Both the position numbers and the translations under genes were made by a program. Positions 15,868 to 27,537 of a stretch of DNA of 64,000 nucleotides are shown here, in pieces. Position 1 is the stretch's first letter, and each line of letters begins with the position of its first letter. The stretch is from the human T2T-CHM13v2.0 reference genome, Homo sapiens. Location of the stretch: NCBI RefSeq assembly GCF_009914755.1, contig NC_060934.1. One strand, written 5' to 3'. The notes beneath the pieces were generated by a model. That model had not been told where the DNA came from. It did not search any database and saw only the letters and a program-made list of their open reading frames with translations.

Positions 15868-15979
15868 TTCCATGGAAATCCCATTAGAACATCAAAGAAG
15901 AAAGCCCCATGCCTTTCCTAGAGGCCAGTTTCCTGGAAGGATATTTATTCGGGAAGTTAATGTTCCTCTTACTTCCGGT
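15868..15979. promoter_or_regulatory. Candidate enhancer-like TF motif cluster
   Basis: Within 112 bp: TTCCATGGAA, TGGAAATCCC, ACATCAAAG, TTCCTGGAA and ACTTCCGGT. Motif matches only, no functional evidence. Confidence 0.3.
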
Positions 15980-17997
15980 TTTCTAAAAGTAATAAGCATT
16001 TTTTTCACAATACACCCCTTACAAAAATTGTTCTAACTTTTAGTTACCAGTGTGTGGGGGGAGGTATAAAACCTATATTTAATAATGGAGGTTATTAACT
16101 TGTTAGAGGCTAAAATAATAAAGTTGCATTTAATGAGTAGTTAAAAGATTAAAAATATTAAATATTTTTGAGAAAAATAATGTCTGCAAGAAAGTTATGA
16201 AAGTAATGGTAAATTCTGCAATATGCTGAATAATAATTTAGTTTATTTGAAAAATATTTTACTAGGAAAAATTAATGTTACAGAAAAGATGAACTATTCA
16301 TCAGTTATCAAAGAAAAGCATTAAACTTTTAAATTTTTATTAGTTACTGGGGTCTTCAGTATTAAACTTAAAAAATACCAAAACAAGAATTATACAATAT
16401 TCATTTCAGCACAGAGTAGAGCCTTAGGGAAAAATCCTGCAATAATAGTTATATATTTTCATTGTCATTTAACAAAAATGAATAAAGTCTTATACTCAGG
16501 CTTGCTCAAGATCTAACTGAGAAGAGGGCTAGGATCACACTCTTTTAGATCTCACCCTGGAGCTAAATCTGTATTTAACAGCAGGGTAAAATTGTTGTGG
16601 CTGTAGGGAGCAGCTTAAAAGTGCACATTAAAGTCATATAGACCTCCTTCCATAAGTGGTAGGAGACTAGAACGACTCACCTTCAAGAAGAGATCCTCCT
16701 GTTCCATGCACTTGAGGGAAAAATAATCTACCTTATTCTATCACCACATTCAGCTCTTTGACATGACACACTTCAGCACATATATCAACAAACACGCAAT
16801 GTGAGAATCAGAATAAAGCATACAGAGATTTTGAAGAACTGTGAAGGTCAGGATTTTCCACGTTATTTCTATATACTGCAGGCAAAAAAGTTCTGCACTG
16901 ATTTGGAAGACACTGCATTTTATATCCTTTTCTTAGAAATTCAGACATTAGAATATTAAAAGTTGCTAAGGCATTCTAAAGACATCATTTTAACTAATTA
17001 AAATGTACTATTTCTTTTTTTTTGGACTAAAGTACTTCTTTATAGTAGAATATCTATTAGCATCCTGCAGAACTGTGCTCCATGAAACAATGTCTGAGAT
17101 CATCATAGATACTGTTTACTTTATGACGTTATTTATTTTTTCTACTATTGTTTCATAATTTTCAAATGCAAAAGACAGTTTTAAAAATAAAATACTACAA
17201 TATTTCTTGAAATAAATCCTTGCAGATCAAATTTGTAGTAAAATTATTGAAACATAATGACCCTCAATTATACTTCAGGTGAATGAAACAGTTAATGATC
17301 CTAGTTGTATGTAGATAATTTAAATAGAAATATATTTAAGTATTTAAGTAGACTGTAATATATTTAATTGTATTGAATACTGAAAATTATCTTTTGTCAA
17401 GTAAAGTCTAAAGAAACTATCTGGGATTTCATTAAAGCGAACTATGGCAAGTTTTGCATTCTATAGAGTTTGCTAATAACATTTTACACCAGTTTCTATA
17501 GTTTTCCCATACCAGGAGTCTTACAATGCACTTTTAAAAAATGCTAATGCTATAGTAGAGGTCTAAAGTTAAATTGTGGGTAACAATTTAAGTAGATTAA
17601 GCACTCAGTGATGCATAACTTTCAAGAGTTAAATTACCAAGGGTACAATTACTAAAACAAAACAACTTCATCTCTAATGACACATATAAGTGTTGAAATG
17701 TTTATTTTCCTACTTCTGTGAAAGGTAACTATAATTTAAATATGAGGAATAGTTATGCTGTTTATTATATTTGTTATGCAGGCATATCTACTCATTCAGG
17801 ATTTTTGTCAATTATTTTTACTACACATTTCCTAGGGATACCAGCCAACACAAAATGTAATTCTTAAAATTCTTGTTTTACTCTCATTTATTACCTAACT
17901 TGGTAAGGACTCCTGTAATTTTGATACAAATCCTTACCAAAAAACAAACAAACAAAAAACATTTATTAGCTGAGAAATGTATAGTGTACTATTTATC

Positions 17998-18016
17998 TTA
18001 CCACTAGGGGTCGGTG
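17998..18016 (+). promoter_or_regulatory. Candidate CTCF binding site
   Basis: TTACCACTAGGGGTCGGTG matches the CTCF core CCASYAGRKGGCRS with one G>T change; isolated GC-rich, CpG-retaining islet in non-repeat AT-rich DNA. Confidence 0.45.
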
Positions 18017-19481
18017 TGAGTGCATGCCAGAAACTGTGGGTAAAACCAAGATTTTGGTTTGCTATGTTATAATTTGATATTAAAATATGAAAATAACTTT
18101 ATGGCATTCTCCCTCATTCCATTTTTCACAGAAATCTATTCTAATATGGCTCATAAGAGTATAAAGAAAATGTTCCATTGTAAATTATCTCTGGAAAAGC
18201 TCAGGTACTAAAATTTTTATGTATTGCCAGTGTAGAATAATTGTCTTAATTTTCCTTGTGCTAATATTAACTTCAAAAGAAATAATGGAGATGGAAAATA
18301 TCAAAATCAGATAACCTTCCCTCTATATAAACTCACCCTTTACAAATAATAGCAGCACTTGAAACAACCAAAAGCAACACAGCTTCCAACCAGAGATGGT
18401 AAAGCTATGTCTCCTCAGGTTCTATATGAACTCTGTAGATTACCTATTTTTTCTTTTTAAGAGCAGCTTGTGAGACTTCACTTATCTTTCATGAAAACTT
18501 GAAGAAAACATGCTATTCTTTAAAGAATTCCCATAATGCCAAAGGTATTTAGAAAAAAATTATGAATTCTAAACCAAGGGTGCATGAAATATATGTCATA
18601 TTTAGAAAGGCACTTTAATTAATATTGTTAATATTAATATTTAGAAGGTAGTTAAAAAGAGTCCTATCACATTTGAATAAACTGCCTTTTTCACCATAAA
18701 ACAAAATGGCTCAATATGGTCTTAATTGACTTGAGAAGAAAACAAATTAATGACAAACAGACTAGAATGCACCAATAAAAACTTACACCAAGAACTGTTT
18801 TAGAAAACATGCTTATTGCTCTGTTTGTTTCTATTCTCTTTGTCTCATATTGTATTTCAATTTTGAAAGTAAGTTTATGTAATATAAATAAGTTGATCAA
18901 TTAACAAAATACATAATCTAGACTCACATATTAAAACAACAAAAGACACACACACATCACAAGTAAGAAACTGTTAAAAACATTCTCATATCTAATGCAG
19001 ATGTTACTCATTTTTAATACATATATCTGAACATGGATTAATATAAAACTAAAACTAAAACAAAAACAAAGCATTCTTTGAATGTGAGATGCTATTAATA
19101 AATTAAATCTTACAGATATATAGCACAATGAAGATGAACTGTGGTACCAGATAAAATACCACTGAATCAAAATTTATTTTAGATTTCACAGAAAATGTAA
19201 AAAATATGAAATACTCTACAGACTGAAAATACATATGAGGTATTATATGGTATCCATTATAGTTTGGGCTGTCAATTTAAATAAAAATATCCATCAATAT
19301 TTATTTATCTGAAATTTAACTTGAACTGGGGTATCATGTAATTTATGTGATGAACCTAGCTACTACATAATGTGTCACAAATTGTAATTATGAATAGTTT
19401 GTTTTTTCAGTTTTACCTATGTCAAATAATGGTGGTTTTTTTCAAGATGCCGGAAAAAGTCTTTAAAAATTAGGTAGCATT

Positions 19482-20654
19482 CTGGATATTAGCCCTTTGT
19501 CAGATGGGTAGATTTTCTGTAGTTTGCCTGTTCACTCTGATGGTAATTTCTTTTAATGTGCAGAAGCTCTTTAGTTGAATTAGATCCCATTTGTCAATTT
19601 CGGCTTTTGTTGCCATTGCTTTTGGTGTTTTAGTCATGAAGTCCTTGCCCATGCCTATGTCCTGAATGGTTTTGCCTAGGTTTTCTTCTAGTGTTTTTAT
19701 GGTTTTAGGTCTAACATTTAAGTCTTTAATCCATCTTGAATTAATTTTTGTATAAGGTGTAAAGAAGGGATCCAGTTTCAACAAATTTACAAGAAAAAAT
19801 CAAACAACCCCATCAAAAAGTGGGCAAAGGATATGAATAGACACTTCTCAAAAGAAGACATTTAAGCAGCCAACAGACACATGAAAAAATGCTCATCATC
19901 ACTGGCCATCAGAGAAATGCAAATCAAAACCACAATGAGATACCATCTCACACCAGTTAGAATGGTGATCATTAAAAAGTCAGGAAACAACAGGTGCTGG
20001 AGAGGATGTGGAGAAATAGGAACACTTTTACACTGTTGGTGGGAGTGTAAACTAGTTCAGCCATTGTGGAAGACAGTGTGGAGATTCCTCAAGGATCTAG
20101 AACTAGAAATACCATTTGACCCAGGGAACCCATTGCTGGGTATATACCCAAAAGATTATAAATCATGCTACTATAAAGACACATGCACATGTATGTTTAT
20201 TGTGGCACTATTCACAATAGCAAAGACTTGGAACCAACCAAAATGTCCAACAATGATAGACTGGATTAAGAACATGTGGCACATATACACCATGGAATAC
20301 TATGCAGCCATAAAAAGGATGAGTTCATGTCCCTTGTAGGGACATGGATGAAGCTGGAAACCATCATTCTGAGCAAACTATCGCAAGGACAGAAAACCAA
20401 ACACCGCATGTTCTCACTCATAGGTGGGAATTGAACACTGAGAACACTTGGACACAGGGTGGGGAACATCACACACAGGGGCCTGTTGTGGGGTAGGGGG
20501 ATGGGGGAGGGATAGCATTTAGGAGGAATACCTAATGTAAATGATGAGTTAATGGGTGCAGCACACCAACATGGCGCATGTACATATATGTAACAAACCT
20601 GCATGTTATGCACATGTACCCTAGAACTTAAAGTATAATAAAAAATAAATTAAA
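19482..20654 (+). mobile_element. 5'-truncated, 5'-inverted LINE-1 (L1PA5-like)
   Basis: 19482-19780 is antisense ORF2; 19781-20654 is the sense ORF2 end, G-rich 3'UTR and A tail. 17-bp TSD aaaaattaggtag(c/t)att at 19465-19481 and 20655-20671, preceded by TTT (TT/AAAA L1 endonuclease site). Confidence 0.95.
19881..20339 (+). pseudogene. L1 ORF2p C-terminal fragment (cysteine-rich/CCHC region), not an independent gene
   Basis: The 152-aa ORF contains [18 protein letters not shown] and [13 protein letters not shown] of L1 ORF2p; lacks promoter, EN and RT. Confidence 0.9.
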
Positions 20655-20849
20655 AAAAATTAGGTAGTATTGGCAACCTGGAAATAAGTAAGTTTTTTAT
20701 TACAATTTACAATAATGTTTTAAGATGAAGGCTTATACATATGTTGCCAAACTGTATCATACGTCAATGTTTTTAGCATTCATAGTTTTATTTCATATTT
20801 CAAACCTAATGAAGGAATAGAGATTAATTTTCCCTTCTCCTTCTCAGTC

Positions 20850-20990
20850 TCTACAACCAGCACTGTGATCAGTGCTTACATATAATTTCATTCAGTCCTT
20901 AAAGCAACCCAGTAATTGGGAATTATTTCTTATATTTACAGATGAGAAAACCAAATATCTGATATGTTAATATACCCAAAATGACATGAT
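20850..20990 (-). mobile_element. MIR remnant
   Basis: MIR core-like tttacagatgagaaaacc with upstream ttcattcagtccttaaagcaaccc. Confidence 0.5.
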
Positions 20991-21027
20991 GAAAACACAC
21001 CAAAAAACAAACTCTATATCCAAATTC

Positions 21028-21341
21028 TTTTTTTTTTTTTTTTTTTTATCTCACTGTGTCACCCAGGCAAGAGTGTAGTGGAGTAGTCACTGCTCACTGC
21101 AGCCTCAACCACCCTGGCTCAAGGGATCCTTCAACCTCAGTCTTCCAAGTAGCGGGACCACAAGTGTATGCCACCACACCTGGCTAATTTTGTTGTTGTT
21201 GTTACTTTTATAATTATTTTTTGTAGAGACGTGGTCTCCTTATATTGCTCAGGCTGCTCTCAAACTCCTGAGCTTAAGTGATCCTCCCACCTCAGCCTTC
21301 CAAAGTGTTGGGATTACAGGTGTGAGCTACCACATCTGGCC
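21028..21341 (-). mobile_element. Alu (AluJ)
   Basis: Antisense dimer with AluJ-type gctcactgcagcctcaacc...ggctcaagggatcct. Confidence 0.93.
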
Positions 21342-22009
21342 ACTGTGGCCAAATTATTCAAATCTTCCACTATATTATGATGTCACCTTAATAATTTATT
21401 TAAACATACTTATCTTAAATATATTAAAAAATAAAATTAAAGTGTTAAATATATTAATTTTGAGGAAAAGTTTCAATATCCAAATCATTTTCTCTCAATT
21501 TAGTGGTATTTTATATTTAATTTTGAAATAAGTTATACAAATTTGTATTTGGGTTGTTACTTGGATTTTCTCTCATTTTCTCTCATATTCTCAAATACAA
21601 CTAAAATCTTCCACGCTCTTGTCCTTCTTTTCTTTCTACCTCAAAATAAACCCAGCTGTTGCAAGTTTAGATATTGTAGAGGTTTTGGAAGAATTGTTAA
21701 CTATTTTACAATTTCCCAGTTTTTAAGATTATTTAATTATTATGAATTTGCAAAAGATTAAAATAGCTTTCTAGGCCAAGTGCTGAAAACATGACCTGAA
21801 GCTTCCCAATAACATTTTTGACATTTGGTTTTACTTTAACAGTGATAACAGGTAAAAAATTGTGCTTTATTTATCATATGTCATTGAAATTAATATCACA
21901 GGAAGTCATATAATATCAAATCTTCAAATTGTAAATACCTTGAAGGATTCATGGTACCTATATTTTTATACTCGCAAAAGTAGTTATAGATTTTTAAGTG
22001 ATTAATTGA

Positions 22010-22172
22010 AAAATCAGGAGCTGTGGGTCCTATTCTGATTTTCTTTAGCTAGATAATAGGATCATGTACAAATCTATTGAAATAACTGAATCATAATGAC
22101 CCTATCTGAAAATCAATGTGTGTTGGGCCTTGATATATTTAGCAATCTCCCCAGTTCTAAAGCCATGTGATT
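22010..22172 (+). mobile_element. MIR3/MIRc-like remnant
   Basis: Degenerate MIR body ending ccagttctaaagccatgtgatt. Confidence 0.45.
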
Positions 22173-22480
22173 ATTTGATTGGAAACAAAAACAAAAACAA
22201 ATACAATCCTTGGGTCTGATTTTACAAGTCAACTATGTTCAATGCACATCAAAACATGAAAAAAAATTCTATAATTTCCATTTTGCCTGAATAATTCTGA
22301 TGACAGGAAACCACCATCCCATGGGGAAAATCAGCTGTTTTCCAACATCTGTGATAGTTAAAATGTATTTTCTTAGACATTAACTCAATTGGTCTCTCCA
22401 AATTCCATTCATGGGTTTAGGTCTGACATCTGGCTTTATGCTTGTTACACTCAATCAGTATAATTTTCAACCATGATTTT

Positions 22481-22881
22481 TCAGACTGTACAACATGATG
22501 TTTTGATACACATATATATAGTGAAATGATTACCACGATCAAGCTAATTAACATATTTGTCACCTAATATAGTTAGCTTTTGTGTGCGTGTTGTAACAAT
22601 ACTTAAGATCTACTTTTAGCAAATTTCAAGTGTACAATACATTGTTATTAACTGCTGTCATCCTGCTGCATATTACGTCTCCAGAAATTGTTTCTCTTAT
22701 AACTGCAAGCATATGTCCTTTGATCAACATCTCCCGATTTCCCCTACCACCCTTCCCTGGTAACTCTCATTCTATTCTCTATTTCAATGAGTTTGACTTT
22801 TTTAGATTTCACATATAAATGAGATAATGCAGTATTTGTCTTTCTGTGTCTGACTTATTTCATGTAGCATAACGTCCTCCA
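22481..22881 (-). mobile_element. L1MA8/9-like 3' end
   Basis: tgtacaacatgatgttttgatac...gtgaaatgattaccacgatcaagctaattaac...tagcaaatttcaagtgtacaatac. Confidence 0.85.
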
Positions 22882-23329
22882 ATTAATACAACTTTTTATA
22901 TAAGTAAAAATTTATTCATTTGGATCCTTGATTTTTCTAAAACTTTTAAAAAACAATATAGATTGTAGAACTAGCAAACTTCCAGTATCAGTTAAATTTA
23001 CACATGAAAATAAAACAAATATTTCAACTGACAGCTCACATATCCCAACTGAATATTGGAAGGTATAATTGCTAATACCTGTCACAAGAAAATGCACACA
23101 TCTCATTACAGTTTCCCTAATACCTAAGCTATTGGGTGATCTGATACAAGGAATAAGAAAACTATACTGTTATGCCTCTTTACCAAATAAAAAAGTTGTC
23201 AACTAGTGTTTTGTAAGGATTTATTATGTGTCCAGTACTCTACTAAGCAAAGCACTTACTAACCAAGTATAAATCACATGTATTTTAATTATAAACTAAT
23301 AGATTTAATTATTCTTGTTTTGTTTTTGC

Positions 23330-23530
23330 TATATCCTGTCACGGTGCAAAACATTACATGCAACTTAATTCAAATAACAACATTATAAGGTGGGTGTTTT
23401 CTAATCATGCCTGATGATAAATTAAAGCTTAAGAAGTAAAGTAACCTGCCTGAAGGTACATAGCTGGGATTTGGGGGAGCTAGGAAGTGAAAGTGGGTCT
23501 TTAGCCTTCTGACATATTCAATAACATTGA
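23330..23530 (-). mobile_element. MIR remnant
   Basis: Degenerate core (gatgataaattaaagcttaagaagtaaagtaacctgcctgaaggtacatagct). Confidence 0.5.
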
Positions 23531-23785
23531 ACCATTAAACTGTAAACTCAAGCTCACGCTAAGAACAAGAGATGTCCCAACTTCTGAGTGGTCAGTCCTC
23601 TCCAGTGGGGGTTTTGTATTGACAAAATATACAATTCTATAAATTAAAGGATAGAAAACTAACAGAAGACACATTCCTACAGTGCACTTACAGACAGTTG
23701 TATTTCTGTATTGTAAAACCCAGAGCACACTTAAGATTCACAACTAAGCACAATTAAGGTTTTCTGGAAGAGGTAAGAAGTCACC

Positions 23786-23838
23786 AGATAGATAGATAGA
23801 TAGAGAGACAGATAGATAGATAGATGGATAGATAGATA
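23786..23838. repeat. Interrupted (AGAT)n tetranucleotide STR
   Basis: About 13 units with AGAG/AGAC/GGAT variants. Confidence 0.95.
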
Positions 23839-24239
23839 AAACAGAATCCTGAAGAGTCACACCTGTAATTTTTCCTCAGAAAATTATCCTAAGTAGAAAA
23901 TAGCAGTTGTTGAACTCTTTGTAGTTGAGAGGGAAACACTCTGTACTTTAAAGACTGACTTTCATCATTTTTTATTTACAGAAAAATTGAGTTCTTGGTA
24001 ACAAGTGTATTTACAGCATCCTAAATATGATTTCAGCACTCAACACTACCCTTAGAAGCAGACAAGATAATGAAAGAAGAAAATGAAGTTTCCAAAAAAG
24101 AAAAGAGGCATTGCCTAGTCATGCATGACAAATAATTTTACAAAAAGGAAGAACTGGAGGTGAAAAAACATTGCATGATTTTTATACATTGATTATACTG
24201 ATATCATTTCTGCATATTATTTAACAAAGTCATATATAG

Positions 24240-24426
24240 AATTTACAGTGCACTACATAACTAATTTAAATCTCACAAAAACCTTCTAAGGAATACTGTA
24301 TTATCAATCTCATTTCCAGACGAGGAAATTAAGACACAGAAAGTTGAAGTAACTTAACTCTGAAGTAGTGGAGGGCCATATGTTATTAAATGGAAGAACC
24401 AGAATCAACCTCAAGAAGTCTGGTTT
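24240..24426 (-). mobile_element. MIR remnant interrupted by MER50
   Basis: tttaaatctcacaaaaacctt...catttccagacgaggaaattaagacacagaaagttgaagtaactt. Confidence 0.6.
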
Positions 24427-24992
24427 TGGTATAGGAGTTAAAAAGAAATTATTTAGGTAAATAGTGAAGGTAAGGAAGTCCTTGGTAAGGTTTTCCTTTT
24501 AATGAAAAGCAGCCCCCAAATAATTTTCTCTTCTAAAAAAGAGTAGCCTGTGAAATCCAGCTGCACACATAGACAAGCAAGCTGGAAGCTTTCGTGGGTG
24601 AATGTCAGCAGTTGTGCCAATAGGAAAAGGCTACCTCAGACTAGACATGTTCAAAATGGTGGCTCCATCTTCCCTCTGTTTGCCAAGCCACGCTTTCAGT
24701 AAGGAGAAGACAATATGGAGCCAGCCAGACAATGACCCCATTTGCATAAGATTAGGGTGGGGTGACCAGCCTTCCCCGCATGCTATGTAAACGTCACACC
24801 TGGTGGAACCAATTTGCGGGCTCTATGTAAATCAGACACCGCCTCCTCAAGTCTGGCTACAAAATCTGGTATAATTTGCGGTGGGCTGGTTTTTCACTTT
24901 CGGAAGCGTCTCTCTCTCTTTCTCTCTCTCTCTTTGAAACAGAGAATACAGATAACACTTTTGAGTTCCATGTGTTCTTTCATTAAAACTTC

Positions 24993-25068
<76 letters not shown>

Positions 25069-25202
25069 CTTATCCTTTCTCTTTCTTTTGCCTATTAAAC
25101 CTCTGCTCCTAAACTCACTCTCTTGTGTGTTGCGTGTCCTTAATCTATTTGGCGCAAGATGATGAACCTCAGGTGTTTACCCCAGACAGTGATGCTGATT
25201 CA
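24427..25202 (+). mobile_element. MER50-type ERV1 solo LTR
   Basis: TG...CA termini, 4-bp TSD gttt (24423-24426 / 25203-25206), ATTAAA near the 3' end, octamer ATTTGCAT at 24740-24747; body matches recalled MER50 consensus. Confidence 0.85.
24996..25066. repeat. Perfect (GA)35 dinucleotide repeat
   Basis: 71 nt of uninterrupted GA alternation. Confidence 0.98.
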
Positions 25203-26545
25203 GTTTTAGTGTCTGTATTCTTTTTAAAAATTTTTACTCTATTTCATTTTTTTGAAGAGATGTTGCTCACGCTGATCTTAAAGTTCTGGCCTCTAGGGGT
25301 TCTCCTTTATGTTGGTTTTCCCTATGTAGAAAATGTGCTACACATAGCCACTCTTTATTGTTAATTCAGTCTACTTACAGCTTCTTCAAATTTCATATTC
25401 ATTATTGTCCAAACACACATAAGTAGAAAAATATATATAATGTAAAGATATAGAAATTTGAGAAGATGCAAAGTCAATGCTGATTGGAGAAACTGGACTT
25501 GACTATCATAAGCTGCTACTACTAAAATACAATTACTAAAAGAAAAAAATCTGAACTAAATGAGAAATGTCACAGGAAAACAATAAAGAATTATAATTAT
25601 ATAATATGTCTCATCCTTGGTGAATTATTGCAGTGTAGTAATCATCTGATAAAATATGTTCCAATCACAATAAGCATCAACTTTTGAAGGATATATTGGA
25701 ATTATCTTCATTCCACATTACAGCAGGTAAAAATTAGAACATTTTCTATTCATATTCCTTGGTAAGATTAATTCTGGATAACAGAACCATGTCAGTAATA
25801 TCCATAAGAGTTGTTTGATTATTGTGAAATTTTCTGTTCATGAAAAAAGTTGCTTTTCAGCCAATAAAGTGAAGTAACAAGCAAGAGAAGAAGAAGAAAA
25901 GCAAACTTGACTGCCAAAAAAAAGACAGATGACTATTATTTTTAACTTTCTTATTATCAGCTTTCTTCATTACTCATAGCAGTGGATATACACAAATCCA
26001 TTTAGGGGTAAATTCTAAGTGACATATAAAACAAACAGAAGAGATAATGAATCATTTACTTCAAATATTCTATATTTCAAAAAAAAGTATAATCCTCAAT
26101 TTACAAACTCCTAAGCAGTGTTACCTATCATAATGTCTTACAAGAGGTAAAGAACACATTCAATACAATTTCCTAAAAATTAACTTACTATGTGCCTAGT
26201 GAATACTTACCAAGAGCATTTATACAGAAAATACAATGATAAATAATCACTGTGTCTCATGAACTGCTACTATCTTAGCAAGAATTATGTGATTTTATTC
26301 TTGTATTTTCAGATCAGAAAGTTTTATGCAAAAGTATTTAGGCCACTTCCTAATCATGTGTTTTAGAGTCCCTAAACTACATTTCTTTAGCTTTCAAAAA
26401 ATTTAATATAATTAAATTGAAAGCTTTCTTTAGATGTTCAATACATATTTTAGGAACATTTAAACATTAAGCAATAAGTTTATTCAAATAAATTATTCCT
26501 ACCTATATTTTTTATTTAGTTAGCACCGTACTCTTGAATCCACAG

Positions 26546-26974
26546 TGTCTTCTCTGCTGTGTGCTGCTATAAAGAAATACTTGAACCTGGGCAATTTGTA
26601 AAGTAAAAAAGTGTATTTGTTTATGGTTGTGCAGACTGTACAAAACACATGGCACCAGCATCTGCATATGCTGAGCTTCAGGCTGCTTCCACTCATGTTG
26701 GAAGGGGAAGGGGAGCTACTGTGTGCAGAGATCACATGACAAGAGAGGAAGCAAGAGAGGGAGAGGTGTTAGGCTCTTTTTAACAGCCAGCTCTCATGCG
26801 AACTAATAAAGTGAGAAATCATGCATCCCCACTACTGCCTTACAGAGAAGGCATAAATCTATTCATGAGGGGTCAACCTCCATGACCCAAACACCTGTTG
26901 TTAAGCCCCACCTCCAACAGTGAGGATCAAATTTTGACATGAGTTTTGGAGGGGAAAATATCTAAACCTTAGCA
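26546..26974 (-). mobile_element. MSTB-like MaLR solo LTR
   Basis: gctgctataaagaaatac...catggcaccagcatctgc...ctattcatgagggg...ccatgacccaaacacct...ccacctccaaca. Confidence 0.85.
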
Positions 26975-27228
26975 TTAAAGTTCTCCCTTCTGTAAAGGTA
27001 GTAGGAAATCAAGATCTGGAATAAGGGAAGTAGGACAAAGAAAGAGTAATTCACTGCAATTCCTAAAATAGAAATTATCTTCCTCATCTTTGGTGTATTG
27101 TGTATACTTTTCCTAAGAATTAAAGTCTCTTCAGTCCAATTGTTTACTTTTTTTGCTAATCATCACTTATATGTTATTCAGTTCCTTAATTTTTATGGCT
27201 CATATAATGGGATTAAAATATTTTTATG

Positions 27229-27537
27229 GGCTTGGCATGGTGACTAATGCCTATAATCCCAGCACTTTGGGAGGCAGAGGCGAGCGGATCACCTGAGGTC
27301 AGGAGTTTGAGATCAGCCTGGCCAACATCTCAAAACCCTGTCTCTACTAAAAATAGAAAAAATAGCTGTGCAGGGTGGCACGTACCTGTAATCCCAGCTA
27401 CTACACCGGAGGCTGAAGTGGCAGAATCGCTTGAACTCAGGAGGTGGAGTTTACAGTGATCAGTGAGCTGAGATTGTGCCACTGCACTCCAGCCTGGGTG
27501 ACAGAGCAAGATTCCATCTCAAAATAAAAAAAAAAAA
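27229..27537 (+). mobile_element. Alu (AluS)
   Basis: Sense dimer with A tail; flanks aaaatatttttatgg / aaaac(t)13atgg. Confidence 0.95.

Noticed and set aside
24814-25098. 94-aa ORF with a poly-(ER) charged helix
   Set aside because: Translation of the (GA)35 microsatellite inside an LTR.
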